Below are positions 49,101 through 60,295 of a stretch of 64,000 nt of DNA, in pieces. The DNA comes from Phormidium sp. GTDB taxonomy: Bacteria > Cyanobacteriota > Cyanobacteriia > Cyanobacteriales > Aerosakkonemataceae. Within the stretch, counting starts at the first letter, position 1. Every line of letters begins with the position of its first letter. The notes below the pieces were generated by a model, which worked only from the letters and a program-made list of their open reading frames with translations, did not search any database and was not told the origin of the DNA. Location: positions 896,001 through 960,000 of the forward strand of contig CP143273.1 in the NCBI GenBank assembly GCA_051013385.1, in the 5' to 3' direction. The position numbers and the translations under genes were made by a program.

Positions 49101-52100
49101 ATGAAACGCATAGTTCTGATTGCTGGGTTTGAATCTTTCAACGCCCAATTGTACCGTAAAGCTGCGGATTTAGCTGTTGCACGCTGTCCTGAGTTGGATA
49201 TTCGGGTGTTTAGCGATCGCGCCCTAACCACCGAACCCGATAAAGTAGAAGCAGCATTACAAGGGGCAGATGTCTTTTTTGGCAGTTTATTATTTGATTA
49301 TGACCAAGTTTTGTGGTTACAAGAAAGAGTTAAAAACATTCCCATTCGCTTAGTTTTCGAGTCAGCATTAGAATTAATGAGTTTAACGCAAATTGGCGCT
49401 TTCAAAATTGGGGACAAACCCAAAGGAATGCCCAAACCAGTTAAATTTATTTTAGACAAATTCAGCAACGGCAGAGAAGAAGATAAACTCGCAGGTTACA
49501 TCAGCTTTTTGAAATTCGGGCCAAAATTATTAAAATTCGTCCCAGTACAAAAAGTCCAAGATTTACGCAACTGGTTAATTATTTACGGTTATTGGAACGC
49601 TGGCGGAACCGAAAATGTTTCCGCAATGTTTTGGACAATAGCAGAAAAATATTTAGGTTTAAAAGTTGGCGAAATTTCCCCACCAATAGAAACCCCAAAC
49701 ATGGGTTTATTACACCCAAATTACCAAGGATATTTCACATCTCCCCGCCAATATATTAATTGGTATCTTGTGGTGCAGGCATCTTGCCTGCCATTAGATA
49801 ATAGTGACAGGCAAGATGCCTGTCCTACAAATACAAATTCTTCAAAACCTGACAGGCAAGATGCCTGTCCTACAAATACAAAACCAATAGTAGGAATTCT
49901 ACTTTATCGCAAGCACGTTATTACCAAACAACCTTACATTCCGCAATTAATTCGCGAATTTGAAAAAGCAGGATTAACACCTTTACCAATTTTTATTAAC
50001 GGCGTTGAAGGTCATGTTGCGGTGAGAGATTGGATGACAACCGCTTATGAAACCGCCCAAAGAAAGCAAGGAAAAATCGAAACTCCTTCCTTATCAGATG
50101 AAGCAGTAGAAGTCGATGCGATTGTTTCTACTATTGGTTTTCCGTTAGTTGGTGGGCCTGCGGGTTCAATGGAAGCAGGAAGACAAGTAGAGGTAGCAAA
50201 ACGCATTTTAAGTGCGAAAAATGTACCTTATATTGTATCAGCACCATTGTTAATTCAAGACATACATTCTTGGACTCGTCAAGGCGTAGGCGGGTTACAA
50301 AGTGTAGTTTTGTACGCGCTTCCTGAGTTGGATGGGGCGATCGATCCCATACCCCTTGGCGGTTTAGTCGGAGAAGACATTTACCTGATTCCTGAAAGAG
50401 TAAAACGCCTCACCGGAAGATTGAAAAAATGGATTAACTTACGCCAAAAACCCCCAGCAGAACGGAAAATCGCCATCATTTTATATGGGTTCCCGCCCGG
50501 ATATGGTGCCGTAGGAACCGCCGCTTTATTGAACGTTCCCAAAAGTTTAATTAACTTCCTAAACGCACTCAAAGAACAAGGTTATACAGTTGGAGAAATT
50601 CCCGAAGACGGCGAAGAATTAATTCGCTTAGTGAAAGAAGCAGATACCGAAAAGGTGAGTCGTGAAGAATTTAATCAATCTAATAAAGTTCATGTCAACA
50701 CTTTAGAGAAATGGTTGGGATATCTATTAACAACTCGCATTGAAAAACAGTGGAAATCTCTCACCGAGACTGGAATCAAAACTTACGAAGACGAATACCA
50801 GATTGGCGGAATCCAATTAGGAAATATTTGGATTGGCGTGCAACCACCTTTAGGCATTTCCGGCGATCCCATGCGGTTAATGTTTGAAAAAGATTTAACG
50901 CCACATCCGCAATATGCAGCTTTTTATAAATGGTTGCAGAATGAATTTGAGGGGGATGCGATCGTACATTTCGGAATGCACGGAACAGTAGAATGGTTGC
51001 CCGGATCGCCATTAGGAAATACAGGATATTCTTGGTCAGATATTCTCTTAGGAAACCTCCCCCATCTATATATATATGCTGCTAACAATCCCTCAGAATC
51101 AATGTTAGCAAAACGGCGCGGTTACGGCGTACTAATTTCTCACAATGTTCCCCCTTACGGGCGTGCAGGATTGTACAAAGAATTAGTAACTTTGCGCGAT
51201 TTAATCTCTGAATATCGGGAAGATCCACAAAAAAATTACGTTCTCAAAGAAGCAATTTGTAAAAAGATTGTAGACACTGGTTTAGATGCAGATTGCCCAT
51301 TAGAAGAAGCAAGAAAATTAGGAATTGCCTTTACTCCTGAAAACGTGAGAATGTTTAGCGCTGATGTTTTTAATAATTACTTGGTGAAGCTTTACGAATA
51401 CCTGCAAGTTTTGGAAAATCGTCTCTTTTCTTCCGGTTTGCACGTTTTAGGAGAACCGCCAAACGAAGAGGAAATGGCATCTTACCTAAATGCTTATTTT
51501 GGGGAAGAAAGGACAGGTGAGACACCTATCCCACAACAAACAGAAAAATTGTGGGATAGGCATCTTGCCCGTGAGACAGAAAAATTGTGGGATGGGCATC
51601 TTGCCCGTGAGACAGAAAAATTGTGGGATGGGCATCTTGCCCGTGAGACAGAAAAATTGTGGGATGGGCATCTTGCCCGTCCAGAAGCTTTACAAATTCG
51701 GGATTTGTTGATGCAAACAACAGACGAACTAACTAATTTATTGCGGGGATTAAATGGTGAATATATTCCCCCTGCGCCAGGTGGTGATTTATTAAGAGAT
51801 GGTGCGGGAGTTTTGCCAACTGGGAGAAATATTCATGCTTTAGATCCTTACAGAATGCCTTCACCTGCTGCTTATGAAAGAGGGCGAGAAATTGGTCAAA
51901 AAATCATCGCCCAAAACCTCAAAGAAAACGGACAATATCCCGAAACAATAGCAGTAATGTTGTGGGGATTAGATGCCATTAAAACTAAAGGTGAATCTCT
52001 AGGAATTCTCTTAGAATTAGTAGGTGCTGAACCAATAAAAGAAGGTACAGGGCGAATTGTTCGTTACGAATTAAAACCATTAGCAGAAGTCGGACATCCC

Positions 52101-52994
52101 AGAATTGATGTATTAGCAAATCTTTCCGGTATTTTCCGCGATAGTTTTGTTAATATTATCGAACTTTTAGATGATTTGTTTCAACGTGCAGCTGAAGTAG
52201 ATGAACCAGAAGAGCAAAACTTTATCCGCAAACACGCTTTAGCATTGCAAAAACAAGGTGTAGAAAATGCCACTGCACGCTTATTTTCTAATCCTGCTGG
52301 TGATTATGGTTCGCTAGTAAACGATCAAGTTACTGCTTCAAATTGGGAAACAGGCGATGAATTAGCGAACACTTGGCAAGGGCGAAATGCTTTCAGTTTT
52401 GGCAGAAAAGATAAAGGAGAAGCGCGAACCGAAATCCTCAATCAATTGCTGCAAACAACAGAAAGAGTTGTGCAACAAATCGATTCCGTTGAATATGGTT
52501 TAACTGACATTCAGGAATATTACGCTAACACTGGCGGATTGAAAAAAGCAGCGGAAAAACAACGAGGGAAAAAGGTTACTGCTAGCTTTGTGGAAAGTTT
52601 TTCTAAAGATACAACTCCCCGTAATTTAGAAGATTTGCTGCGAATGGAGTATCGCACAAAATTATTAAATCCCAAATGGGCACAAGCAATGGCAGATCAA
52701 GGTAGCGGTGGCGCTTATGAAATTTCCCAACGGATGACAGCGTTAATTGGTTGGGGTGGTGTTGCTGATTTTACTGATGATTGGGTTTACGATCAAGCTG
52801 CGGAAACTTATGCGTTAGATGCAGAAATGGCAGAGAAATTACGCAAAGCAAACCCCGAAGCTTTCCGCAATATTATTAGCAGAATGTTAGAAGCAAATGG
52901 GCGTGGTTTTTGGCAACCAACTCAGGATAAGTTGCAAAGATTGCGTGATTTGTATGATTTGACAGATGAAGAATTGGAAGGTGTTACAGTTTGA
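49101..52994 (+). CDS. bchH: Magnesium chelatase subunit H (CobN/ChlH/BchH family)
   Basis: HFGMHGTVEWLPG, NNPSES..AKRRG, LPTGRNIHALDP, LLNPKW; two repeat-derived inserts. Confidence 0.88.
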   Translation: MKRIVLIAGFESFNAQLYRKAADLAVARCPELDIRVFSDRALTTEPDKVEAALQGADVFFGSLLFDYDQVLWLQERVKNIPIRLVFESALELMSLTQIGAFKIGDKPKGMPKPVKFILDKFSNGREEDKLAGYISFLKFGPKLLKFVPVQKVQDLRNWLIIYGYWNAGGTENVSAMFWTIAEKYLGLKVGEISPPIETPNMGLLHPNYQGYFTSPRQYINWYLVVQASCLPLDNSDRQDACPTNTNSSKPDRQDACPTNTKPIVGILLYRKHVITKQPYIPQLIREFEKAGLTPLPIFINGVEGHVAVRDWMTTAYETAQRKQGKIETPSLSDEAVEVDAIVSTIGFPLVGGPAGSMEAGRQVEVAKRILSAKNVPYIVSAPLLIQDIHSWTRQGVGGLQSVVLYALPELDGAIDPIPLGGLVGEDIYLIPERVKRLTGRLKKWINLRQKPPAERKIAIILYGFPPGYGAVGTAALLNVPKSLINFLNALKEQGYTVGEIPEDGEELIRLVKEADTEKVSREEFNQSNKVHVNTLEKWLGYLLTTRIEKQWKSLTETGIKTYEDEYQIGGIQLGNIWIGVQPPLGISGDPMRLMFEKDLTPHPQYAAFYKWLQNEFEGDAIVHFGMHGTVEWLPGSPLGNTGYSWSDILLGNLPHLYIYAANNPSESMLAKRRGYGVLISHNVPPYGRAGLYKELVTLRDLISEYREDPQKNYVLKEAICKKIVDTGLDADCPLEEARKLGIAFTPENVRMFSADVFNNYLVKLYEYLQVLENRLFSSGLHVLGEPPNEEEMASYLNAYFGEERTGETPIPQQTEKLWDRHLARETEKLWDGHLARETEKLWDGHLARETEKLWDGHLARPEALQIRDLLMQTTDELTNLLRGLNGEYIPPAPGGDLLRDGAGVLPTGRNIHALDPYRMPSPAAYERGREIGQKIIAQNLKENGQYPETIAVMLWGLDAIKTKGESLGILLELVGAEPIKEGTGRIVRYELKPLAEVGHPRIDVLANLSGIFRDSFVNIIELLDDLFQRAAEVDEPEEQNFIRKHALALQKQGVENATARLFSNPAGDYGSLVNDQVTASNWETGDELANTWQGRNAFSFGRKDKGEARTEILNQLLQTTERVVQQIDSVEYGLTDIQEYYANTGGLKKAAEKQRGKKVTASFVESFSKDTTPRNLEDLLRMEYRTKLLNPKWAQAMADQGSGGAYEISQRMTALIGWGGVADFTDDWVYDQAAETYALDAEMAEKLRKANPEAFRNIISRMLEANGRGFWQPTQDKLQRLRDLYDLTDEELEGVTV
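51540..51680 (+). repeat. 36-bp tandem repeat, 4 copies (last partial), in frame in Mg-chelatase H
   Basis: ACAGAAAAATTGTGGGAT(A/G)GGCATCTTGCCCGTGAG encoding TEKLWD(R/G)HLARE. Confidence 0.9.
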
Positions 52995-53012
52995 TAAGGA
53001 GGAAATTGAACG

Positions 53013-53243
53013 ATGATTAATCCGTTGATTGAAAAAGAAATTCATACTCAACTAGAAAAGTTGAATTTGCAGCAACAAATTAAAGTTCTTAACTTTGCTA
53101 AATCTTTAGCAGGAACAATGCCTGTTGGTGTTCCCGGCAAAGATCTTTTGCAATTTGCTGGTATTCTTTCACATGAAGAAGCAAAAGAGATGTTGGAGGC
53201 GATCGAAGAAGGGTGCGGAAAGGTTGATTTGAATGAATGGTAG
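53013..53243 (+). CDS. Putative antitoxin of a VapBC pair
   Basis: Small protein ending AIEEGCGKVDLNEW that overlaps a PIN toxin. Confidence 0.7.
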   Translation: MINPLIEKEIHTQLEKLNLQQQIKVLNFAKSLAGTMPVGVPGKDLLQFAGILSHEEAKEMLEAIEEGCGKVDLNEW

Positions 53244-53622
53244 GTTTTTGGTAGATACAAATATAGTTGTTGCCTTCCTTGAAGGAGAAACTTCAGTTCA
53301 AACACGCTTTACTGAAGCTGAGGCAATATTTGTGCCAAGCATCGTAATAGGTGAACTCTATTATGGTGCTTACAAATCTGCGCGTGTAACAGCTAATATT
53401 ACAAGGGTAGATGAATTTATTCCCCGCTACACTATTCTTGCTTGCGATGCAGTGACAGCTTTACTGTACGGGCAAATTAAGAATCTTTTACGACAGAAAG
53501 GGCGACCTATTCCTGAAAATGATATTTGGATTGCTGCTATTGCAATACAATATCAGTTAACCTTGGTATCCCGTGATTCAGATTTTCAGTACGTTGATCA
53601 ATTGATGGTAGAAAATTGGTAA
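53233..53622 (+). CDS. vapC: VapC/PIN toxin
   Basis: LVDTNIV, IGELYYG, GRPIPENDIWIAA, LVSRDSDF. Confidence 0.9.
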   Translation: MNGRFLVDTNIVVAFLEGETSVQTRFTEAEAIFVPSIVIGELYYGAYKSARVTANITRVDEFIPRYTILACDAVTALLYGQIKNLLRQKGRPIPENDIWIAAIAIQYQLTLVSRDSDFQYVDQLMVENW

Positions 53623-53650
53623 TTTGCCGATCGATTTAGGGAAGTATAAA

Positions 53651-53872
53651 ATGTCAAACACATTTACTGCAATCTTTGAAAAAGTAGACGATTGGTATAT
53701 TGGTTATGTTGAAGAATTATCCGGTGCCAATGTACAAGAAAAAACCTTGGAAGAAGCAAGAGAAAGTTTACAAGAAGCTATAGAATTAATCCTAATATCT
53801 AACCGCGAACTAGCTGAAAGAGAACTTTTTGGTAAAGATGTAATCCGCGAACAGATCAAGGTGAATATTTAG
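53651..53872 (+). CDS. hicB: HicB-family antitoxin (short)
   Basis: FTAIFEK..YIGYVEELSGANVQEKTLEEARESLQEAI. Confidence 0.8.
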   Translation: MSNTFTAIFEKVDDWYIGYVEELSGANVQEKTLEEARESLQEAIELILISNRELAERELFGKDVIREQIKVNI

Positions 53873-54057
53873 TGAAACGAAGAGAACTCATTCAATATTT
53901 AGAATTAAACGGCTGCTTGTTTCTTCGAGAAGGTAAAAAACATACCGTTTACTATAACCCATTGAATCGTAAAACATCTGCTATTCCCAGGCATACCGAA
54001 ATTGTTGACGTTCTTGCTAGGAAGATTTGCAAAGATTTAGAAATACCTCAACCTTAG
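53872..54057 (+). CDS. hicA: HicA-family toxin
   Basis: MKRRELIQYL..REGKKHTVY..IPRHTEI. Confidence 0.85.
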   Translation: MKRRELIQYLELNGCLFLREGKKHTVYYNPLNRKTSAIPRHTEIVDVLARKICKDLEIPQP

Positions 54058-54199
54058 AAAGGCTAAAATGTTGTACTTTGTTGTCATAATTCGGCTCTCC
54101 CGTCAGTTCATTAGCTAACCTCTTTTCTTCCTCTTCTCTTCGCGTTTTTTGCGTCCTTTGCGGTTCAAAAAAAAGAGATTAATCAACGCCACTTGAGTA

Positions 54200-55387
54200 T
54201 CAAATATCCGTATCTTCATACAACTCCAACAAATTTTGCTGTTGAGTTTTCCGCGAAGTCCGCCGATACTTCTTCGCTTCTAATCTCGGTTCAAATTGAT
54301 TCCCACCCTTGCGTTTAGTTTTCACTTTCATAACTGCATCAGGATCGGATTGTTGATTTAAATGTTCTTGGTGTGCGATCGCACCTTCCAAAAACTCCAA
54401 ATAATGCTCATACCTCTCCCAATCTCCCCGCACCGCACAGTTAGGCTCATCCCGATGTGAACAATCACTAAACTGACAATAATTTTCAGCCAAACGCTCT
54501 CTAATTTCAGGAAAATACTGTGTTAATTCTTCAGGACTACAATCAAGATCCGGCTGATTAAAACCAGGAGTATCTGCTAAATAACCGCCCTTTGGTAACT
54601 CAAACAATTCAACGTGCCGAGTAGTATGTCTTCCCTTACTTAATTTCCCCGAAACTTCACCCACCCGCTGTTCCAAACCGGGAATTAAATAATTAATTAA
54701 ACTCGTTTTTCCCACCCCTGAAGGCCCAGCCAACACTGTAATTTTATTACTTAATTTAGCAGTCAATTCATCTAAACCACTGCCATCATAAACACTAATA
54801 AATATTGATTCATAACCCCAAGCTGATAAGCGATCGCGCCAAGCTTCTCGTACTTCCAAACTCACCAAATCGCTCTTATTCAAACATAAACTCACATCCA
54901 ACTCAGTAGACTCCGCCTTCACCAAAAATTTACTCAGTTGAAATGGCTCTAAATCCGGTTCTGCTAAAGCAAAAACTAAGATAATTTGATCGGCATTCGC
55001 GATCGGAGGTCGATCGAGTTCCGTCTCTCTCGGTAAAACCTGCGCGATCGCACCCCTTCCCCCCGCCCAGTCAGGCTCTTCAATCTCTACGCGATCGCCC
55101 ACCATCACCTGCTGACCGATTTTCTTCAACCTCGCCCTACGGGTACATAGTAATTCGGAACTGGGGACTGGGGACTGGGGACTAGGAGAGTTTTGTAGGG
55201 GCAATTCATGAATTGCCCCTACAGAATTTTCTTGCCCCTCTGCCCCTCTGCCCCTCTGCCCCTCTGCCCCTCTGCCCCTCTGCCCCTCTGCTCCCAGCTT
55301 CACCCGATAAAAATTTGCCTGCACAGCTAACACAGTTCCCCACAGAGGAGAAACTGCGTTATCGTCATCTGCGACACTCATGCTCAA
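54200..55387 (-). CDS. rsgA: Small ribosomal subunit biogenesis GTPase RsgA
   Basis: NKSD, GPSGVGKTS, GRHTT, DTPG, CQFSDCSHRDEPNC. Confidence 0.93.
   Translation of the reverse strand: MSMSVADDDNAVSPLWGTVLAVQANFYRVKLGAEGQRGRGAEGQRGRGAEGQENSVGAIHELPLQNSPSPQSPVPSSELLCTRRARLKKIGQQVMVGDRVEIEEPDWAGGRGAIAQVLPRETELDRPPIANADQIILVFALAEPDLEPFQLSKFLVKAESTELDVSLCLNKSDLVSLEVREAWRDRLSAWGYESIFISVYDGSGLDELTAKLSNKITVLAGPSGVGKTSLINYLIPGLEQRVGEVSGKLSKGRHTTRHVELFELPKGGYLADTPGFNQPDLDCSPEELTQYFPEIRERLAENYCQFSDCSHRDEPNCAVRGDWERYEHYLEFLEGAIAHQEHLNQQSDPDAVMKVKTKRKGGNQFEPRLEAKKYRRTSRKTQQQNLLELYEDTDI
55161..55292. repeat. Composite repeat insert inside rsgA
   Basis: (CTGGGGA)x3, palindrome TGTAGGGGCAATTCATGAATTGCCCCTACA, (TGCCCCTC)x7. 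Confidence 0.9.
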
Positions 55388-55635
55388 CTCGCAGGTCGCC
55401 GGACTAAAATGGCAAAAAAGCCAGTCCGGTCTTCTATTTGTTCAATGCGATAACCTTCCATCGTCAGGCTATCAGGAACCTGCTCGATCGGCTCTCCGGG
55501 ATCTAACCATACTTCCAACAGAGAACCGGGAGCCATTTGTTCCAAGCGCAGTTTCGTGCGGACAAAATTAATCGGACAGGGAGTGCCTCGCAGGTCTAGC
55601 TGGGCATCCGGGGTAGATAGGGCAGAGTTACTCAT
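55384..55635 (-). CDS. TusA/SirA-family sulfur carrier
   Basis: [12 protein letters not shown]. Confidence 0.88.
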   Translation of the reverse strand: MSNSALSTPDAQLDLRGTPCPINFVRTKLRLEQMAPGSLLEVWLDPGEPIEQVPDSLTMEGYRIEQIEDRTGFFAILVRRPAS

Positions 55636-56774
55636 TTGTGGAAAATATTTCCAAAGAATCCTTCAATGCCGCCTTTACCAGTGCGTTCGCCCCTAATTTT
55701 AGCCAACTTTTCTAACAATTCCCGCTCCTCTGGAGTGATCCGGTTAGGAATTTCAATTTCCACAGTAATCAGATGATCTCCCCGACTCACTGGGTTGCCT
55801 AACTTCGGTACACCGCGATTTTCCAATTTTAGAACCGTATTGGGCTGCGTACCAGGGGGAATCGTCAACTCTTGTGGGCCATCCACTGTATTGACTTCCA
55901 GCCGACCTCCCAAAATTGCTTGTAAGTAGCTAATTTCAATCTGCGACAGGATATTAATTCCTTCCCGCTTAAATTCTGCGTCTTCGTTGACAAACAAGTA
56001 TACATACAAGTCACCTGGAGGGCCACCGCGTTGACCGCTATCGCCCTCAGAAGCAACACGCAGACGAGTACCATCATCCACGCCAGCGGGAATGGTAATT
56101 TTCAGCTTTTTAGTAATTTGCTTTTGACCCCGACCATCGCAGGTTTCGCACTTATCTTCAATCACCTGACCGCTACCGTTACAGGTAGGACAGACGGAAA
56201 CTTGAGTAAAGCTGCCAAAAGGAGTGCGTGTCACTCGCCGCACTTGACCGGAACCTGTACAGGTAGCACAAGTCCGAGGTCGAGTCCCTGGTTTAGCACC
56301 TGTACCGCTGCAAGTTTCACAGGTTTCTAGGTGAGAAATGCGAATTTCCTTCTCACCGCCAAACACAGCTTCCCGGAAGTCTAATTTTAAATCTAACCGC
56401 AGGTCATCGCCTCTAGCGGGGCCTGTAGGTCGTCGCCCAGTGCGAGTCCCGCCTACGCCGCCGCTTTGACCCGCGAACCCGCTAAAGAAACTTTCAAAAA
56501 TATCGGCAAAACCGCCCATGTCGCCTAAGTCTTGAAAGCCTTGTGCTGCTGCGCCTTCTACTCCGGCATGACCAAAGCGATCGTAACGCGCCCGCATTTC
56601 TGGTTCGGAAAGCACTTCGTAAGCTCGGTTAATTTCTTTAAAGCGGTCTTCCGCCCCAGGTTCTTTGTTCACATCTGGGTGGTACTTACGAGCCAGACGG
56701 CGGTAGGCTCGCTTGATTTCTTCTTGGTCGGCGTTGCGAGCAACACCTAGAGTTTCATAATAATCGGTGGACAT
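55632..56774 (-). CDS. dnaJ: Chaperone DnaJ
   Basis: J-domain HPD, G/F-rich region, four CxxCxGxG repeats. Confidence 0.95.
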   Translation of the reverse strand: MSTDYYETLGVARNADQEEIKRAYRRLARKYHPDVNKEPGAEDRFKEINRAYEVLSEPEMRARYDRFGHAGVEGAAAQGFQDLGDMGGFADIFESFFSGFAGQSGGVGGTRTGRRPTGPARGDDLRLDLKLDFREAVFGGEKEIRISHLETCETCSGTGAKPGTRPRTCATCTGSGQVRRVTRTPFGSFTQVSVCPTCNGSGQVIEDKCETCDGRGQKQITKKLKITIPAGVDDGTRLRVASEGDSGQRGGPPGDLYVYLFVNEDAEFKREGINILSQIEISYLQAILGGRLEVNTVDGPQELTIPPGTQPNTVLKLENRGVPKLGNPVSRGDHLITVEIEIPNRITPEERELLEKLAKIRGERTGKGGIEGFFGNIFHK

Positions 56775-56949
56775 AGAGGACTGGTACAGGTTTAAGTTTT
56801 AAGTTATGAGTTTTGAGTTCTGAGTTTTAAGTTATGTAGTTAACTCAAAACTCTCGAATTGAGTGGCAGGATAGCTTTAAGTTTTCAGTTATGAATTTTC
56901 AGTGAAAATTTTCACTCTCTCACTCAAAACTCAAAACTCAAAACTACTA

Positions 56950-58911
56950 TTAGTCTACGGCTTCGTAATCTGCACTCACCGTGTTTTCATCTTCAAAGTT
57001 GAAATCGAAGTCTTCGTCCTCACTAGCTACGGTTACTGCTTCATCTACAGGCTCCGCAGCCGAGGCGGAGTAGGAATCTACAAATTCAGTTTGACTTTGG
57101 TTAGCCTGCTGATATACAGCTGCACCAATATCAAAGAGCATTTGTTGGAAACTATCTACTAATTGTTTCATCTCTTCTAAAGAGATGTAAGGATCGGCGA
57201 TCGCTCCTCTTAATTCTGTCGCTCTTTCTTTCGCGTAGACTTGCATTTCGTCGCTAATGAATTGACTATTATCTTTCATTGTCGATTCATAGCTATAGAA
57301 CAAGCTATCAGCCTGATTCTTCATTTCAATTAGTTGTTTGCGTTTCCGGTCTTCCTCGGCAAACATTTCCGCTTCTTGCCGCATCCGTTCCACTTCCGCG
57401 GTCGTCAAACCACCCGTATTAGTAATCCGAATGCTTTGCTCTCGACCCGTACCTTTATCTTGCGCCGCTACTTTGAGAATGCCATTCACATCTATCTCAA
57501 ACGACACTTCAATTTGTGGCACTCCTCGTGGTGCTGGGGGAATCCCTGTGAGCAAGAATTTACCCAAACTCTTGTTATCACGAGCCATTGCCCGTTCCCC
57601 TTGCAAGACGTGAATTTCCACCGATGTTTGTCCATCGGTAGCGGTAGAAAATACTTGAGATTTGCTTGTCGGAATAGTAGTATTCCGGTCAATAATTTTC
57701 GTAAACACCTCGCCTAAAGTTTCAATTCCCAAGGACAGAGGTGTAACATCCAACAGCAGCAGGTCTTCTACTTCCCCACTTAACACGCCGCCTTGAATCG
57801 CTGCACCTAAAGCTACAGCTTCATCTGGATTTACAGATCGATCGGGAGTTTTGCCGCCAAAGAAAGATTTTAGTGCCTCTTGAACTGCCGGAATCCGAGT
57901 CGAACCACCTACCAGAATAATCCGATCGATATCCCCTGCCTTCAAATCAGCATCTTTAAGAGCTTGGTTCATTGGTTCGATCGTGCTTTCCACCAAATGA
58001 CTGACCAACTCTTCAAAGTTCGCCTTCGTCAGTGACATTTCCAGATGTTTTGGCCCACTTTCATCTGCCGTAATAAACGGCAAATTAATCGAGGTCGTCA
58101 CCATGCTGGACAGTTCAATTTTGGCCTTTTCCGCCGCTTCTCGCAACCTCTGAAGCGCCATTTTATCAGCACTCAGGTCTATTCCCTCTGTTGCTTGGAA
58201 ATTCTCAATCATCCAATGGACTATGCAGTTGTCGAAGTCATCGCCACCCAAATGGTTGTTCCCAGATGTCGCTCTGACTTCAAATACCCCATCACCTAAT
58301 TGCAGGATCGAGACATCAAATGTGCCCCCTCCCAAGTCAAATACCAGCACTAACTGCTCTTCATCTTGTTTATCCAAACCATAAGAAAGAGCAGCAGCGG
58401 TCGGCTCGTTAATAATTCTTAACACTTCCAGTCCGGCGATCGTCCCAGCATCTTTGGTTGCCTGCCTTTGAGCATCTGTAAAATAGGCAGGCACCGTAAT
58501 CACTGCTTGTTCTACGGGTTCTCCCAAGTAATTTTCCGCATCCTGCTTCAACTTTTGCAGAATCATCGCCGAAATTTCCTGGGGAGTGTAAGCTTTAGAG
58601 CGCACTTTCACATCAACCGTATCGTCTTTCCCTTTAACGCAGTTATAAGGAACTTGGGATCGCTCGATCTCCGTATCATCCCAACGACGACCAATGAAGC
58701 GTTTAATGCTGTAGACTGTATTTTCGGCATTCATGACCGCTTGTCGCTTCGCTAGTTGACCGACCAACCGCTCGTCAGCTTTGCCAAATCCCACTATACT
58801 AGGCGTGGTTCGCCCTCCTTCTGAGTTAGGTATGACGATCGGTTGACCGCCTTCTAGAAAGGCGACACAACTATTCGTAGTGCCCAGGTCGATGCCAATA
58901 ACTTTTCCCAT
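56950..58911 (-). CDS. dnaK: Chaperone DnaK (Hsp70 paralog)
   Basis: [23 protein letters not shown]. Confidence 0.96.
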   Translation of the reverse strand: MGKVIGIDLGTTNSCVAFLEGGQPIVIPNSEGGRTTPSIVGFGKADERLVGQLAKRQAVMNAENTVYSIKRFIGRRWDDTEIERSQVPYNCVKGKDDTVDVKVRSKAYTPQEISAMILQKLKQDAENYLGEPVEQAVITVPAYFTDAQRQATKDAGTIAGLEVLRIINEPTAAALSYGLDKQDEEQLVLVFDLGGGTFDVSILQLGDGVFEVRATSGNNHLGGDDFDNCIVHWMIENFQATEGIDLSADKMALQRLREAAEKAKIELSSMVTTSINLPFITADESGPKHLEMSLTKANFEELVSHLVESTIEPMNQALKDADLKAGDIDRIILVGGSTRIPAVQEALKSFFGGKTPDRSVNPDEAVALGAAIQGGVLSGEVEDLLLLDVTPLSLGIETLGEVFTKIIDRNTTIPTSKSQVFSTATDGQTSVEIHVLQGERAMARDNKSLGKFLLTGIPPAPRGVPQIEVSFEIDVNGILKVAAQDKGTGREQSIRITNTGGLTTAEVERMRQEAEMFAEEDRKRKQLIEMKNQADSLFYSYESTMKDNSQFISDEMQVYAKERATELRGAIADPYISLEEMKQLVDSFQQMLFDIGAAVYQQANQSQTEFVDSYSASAAEPVDEAVTVASEDEDFDFNFEDENTVSADYEAVD

Positions 58912-59035
58912 AGATCGCGGCAGTTTCTCGAAGAGTGCTTCTGTTCAGGCTTGTTGTAAATTAGGTTTGGTAGATTGAAATTTTAAAGATTTTCAATTGA
59001 ATTTACAATCTCAAATCTAAAATCACCAACACCCC

Positions 59036-59752
59036 TTAACTTTCCGGTGACTCAGGCTGACTTTCCTCTGAGGGTACCATGTGCTCAAAAGGAGCAGCAA
59101 CTTTCACCACCGCATGACGCAGGACTCGTTCTCCCAAAAAATACCCGGGAATCAGTTCATCAATCACTGTTCCTTCTGGATATTCATTAGTTGGTTCCTG
59201 AATCGCCGCCTCATGTAAATTCGGGTTAAATTCTTGCCCCTTCGGACGCATCGCCGATACTCCCAAACTTTTCAGAGCCGTTACCATTTGCTTGTAAATG
59301 CTTTGATAGCTTTTGTGAATATTTCTTTCTGCGTCTGTTTGGGGCTTTATTTGAGCTTGTGCCCGCTCAAAATTATCCACTACTGGTAAGAGCGACGAGA
59401 GAGTATTACACTTGACCTGCTGATCCAACTCTTCCTTTTCTTTTTGGCTGCGCTTGCGGAAATTATCAAAATCCGCCGCAATTCGCATATATTGGCTGGT
59501 ACGTTCTTCCAGTTGCGTTTTTAACAGAGCTACTTGCTGTTCTAAGGCCGCGATTTCCGCTTCCATTTCTTCCCATTCGGTGGCATCGGCTGCAAAAGAG
59601 ATTTCCTGATCGGAGATCCCATCGGTTGTGGCTACTTCCGAATTTAGCTCTGTTTCCAGATTAGCTGACATCCCGGCTGAATTGTTGTTCTCTTCAGCAA
59701 CGTTAGCGTTTATATTTTCCGTTTGTTCTGTCTGTTTAGATTCTTCTATCAT
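59036..59752 (-). CDS. grpE: Nucleotide exchange factor GrpE
   Basis: ADFDNFRKR, FNPNLHEA, GYFLGERVLRHAVVKV. Confidence 0.93.
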   Translation of the reverse strand: MIEESKQTEQTENINANVAEENNNSAGMSANLETELNSEVATTDGISDQEISFAADATEWEEMEAEIAALEQQVALLKTQLEERTSQYMRIAADFDNFRKRSQKEKEELDQQVKCNTLSSLLPVVDNFERAQAQIKPQTDAERNIHKSYQSIYKQMVTALKSLGVSAMRPKGQEFNPNLHEAAIQEPTNEYPEGTVIDELIPGYFLGERVLRHAVVKVAAPFEHMVPSEESQPESPES

Positions 59753-60295
59753 CGTCCACTCACCCAGTTAAGAGACTGCTAGCTACTGCGAACTAATTGC
59801 TCTAAAAATAGATTTGGCGCTAGCTCCCCCTTAACTTTACAAAAAAAACCGTAATAAAGGTCACTTTTTCTTGGTCATCGAATAGCTAGTTGTCTAATTT
59901 CTTGAACTAGTCAATCCCTGTTAATTATTCTACTTTGCTCTTTAGGAACAAGGTAATACTTTCCTAAAATCTATTATCAGCCTCTACTTAAAGGGTTGGT
60001 TAAGGCTATCATCTTGGAAAGGTAGAAGAAAAATACCCTCCCTTGACTGACTCATCTATGAGAAATGGTAGTGCTGACCACAAATCCCGATTAATTGGGT
60101 AAATTTGTGAGTTTAGCTTAATTTCAGACTCAAAACTTGTACTGCATTTGCCGGAGAAACTGTAGCTTCCTAAAGCGGCAATTTTTAAATTCGGGATTCC
60201 CCTTATCGGAAAATTCAGTATTCGAGATCGCAGTCTAGTGAAAATTTGGCAAAAACTTTTGGGAATACTCTATAAGGAGAACTTCTGCATCAGCT

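Noticed and set aside
51540..51680. 36-bp repeats as a possible CRISPR array
   Set aside because: The repeats are directly adjacent with no unique spacers, lie in frame in a CDS, and no cas genes occur in the window.
56790..56947. (TTTTGAG/TTTTAAG)n and (AAAACTC)n arrays between dnaJ and dnaK; similar arrays at 26231-26269 and 62306-62390
   Set aside because: Ordinary STRR-like intergenic heptamer repeats.
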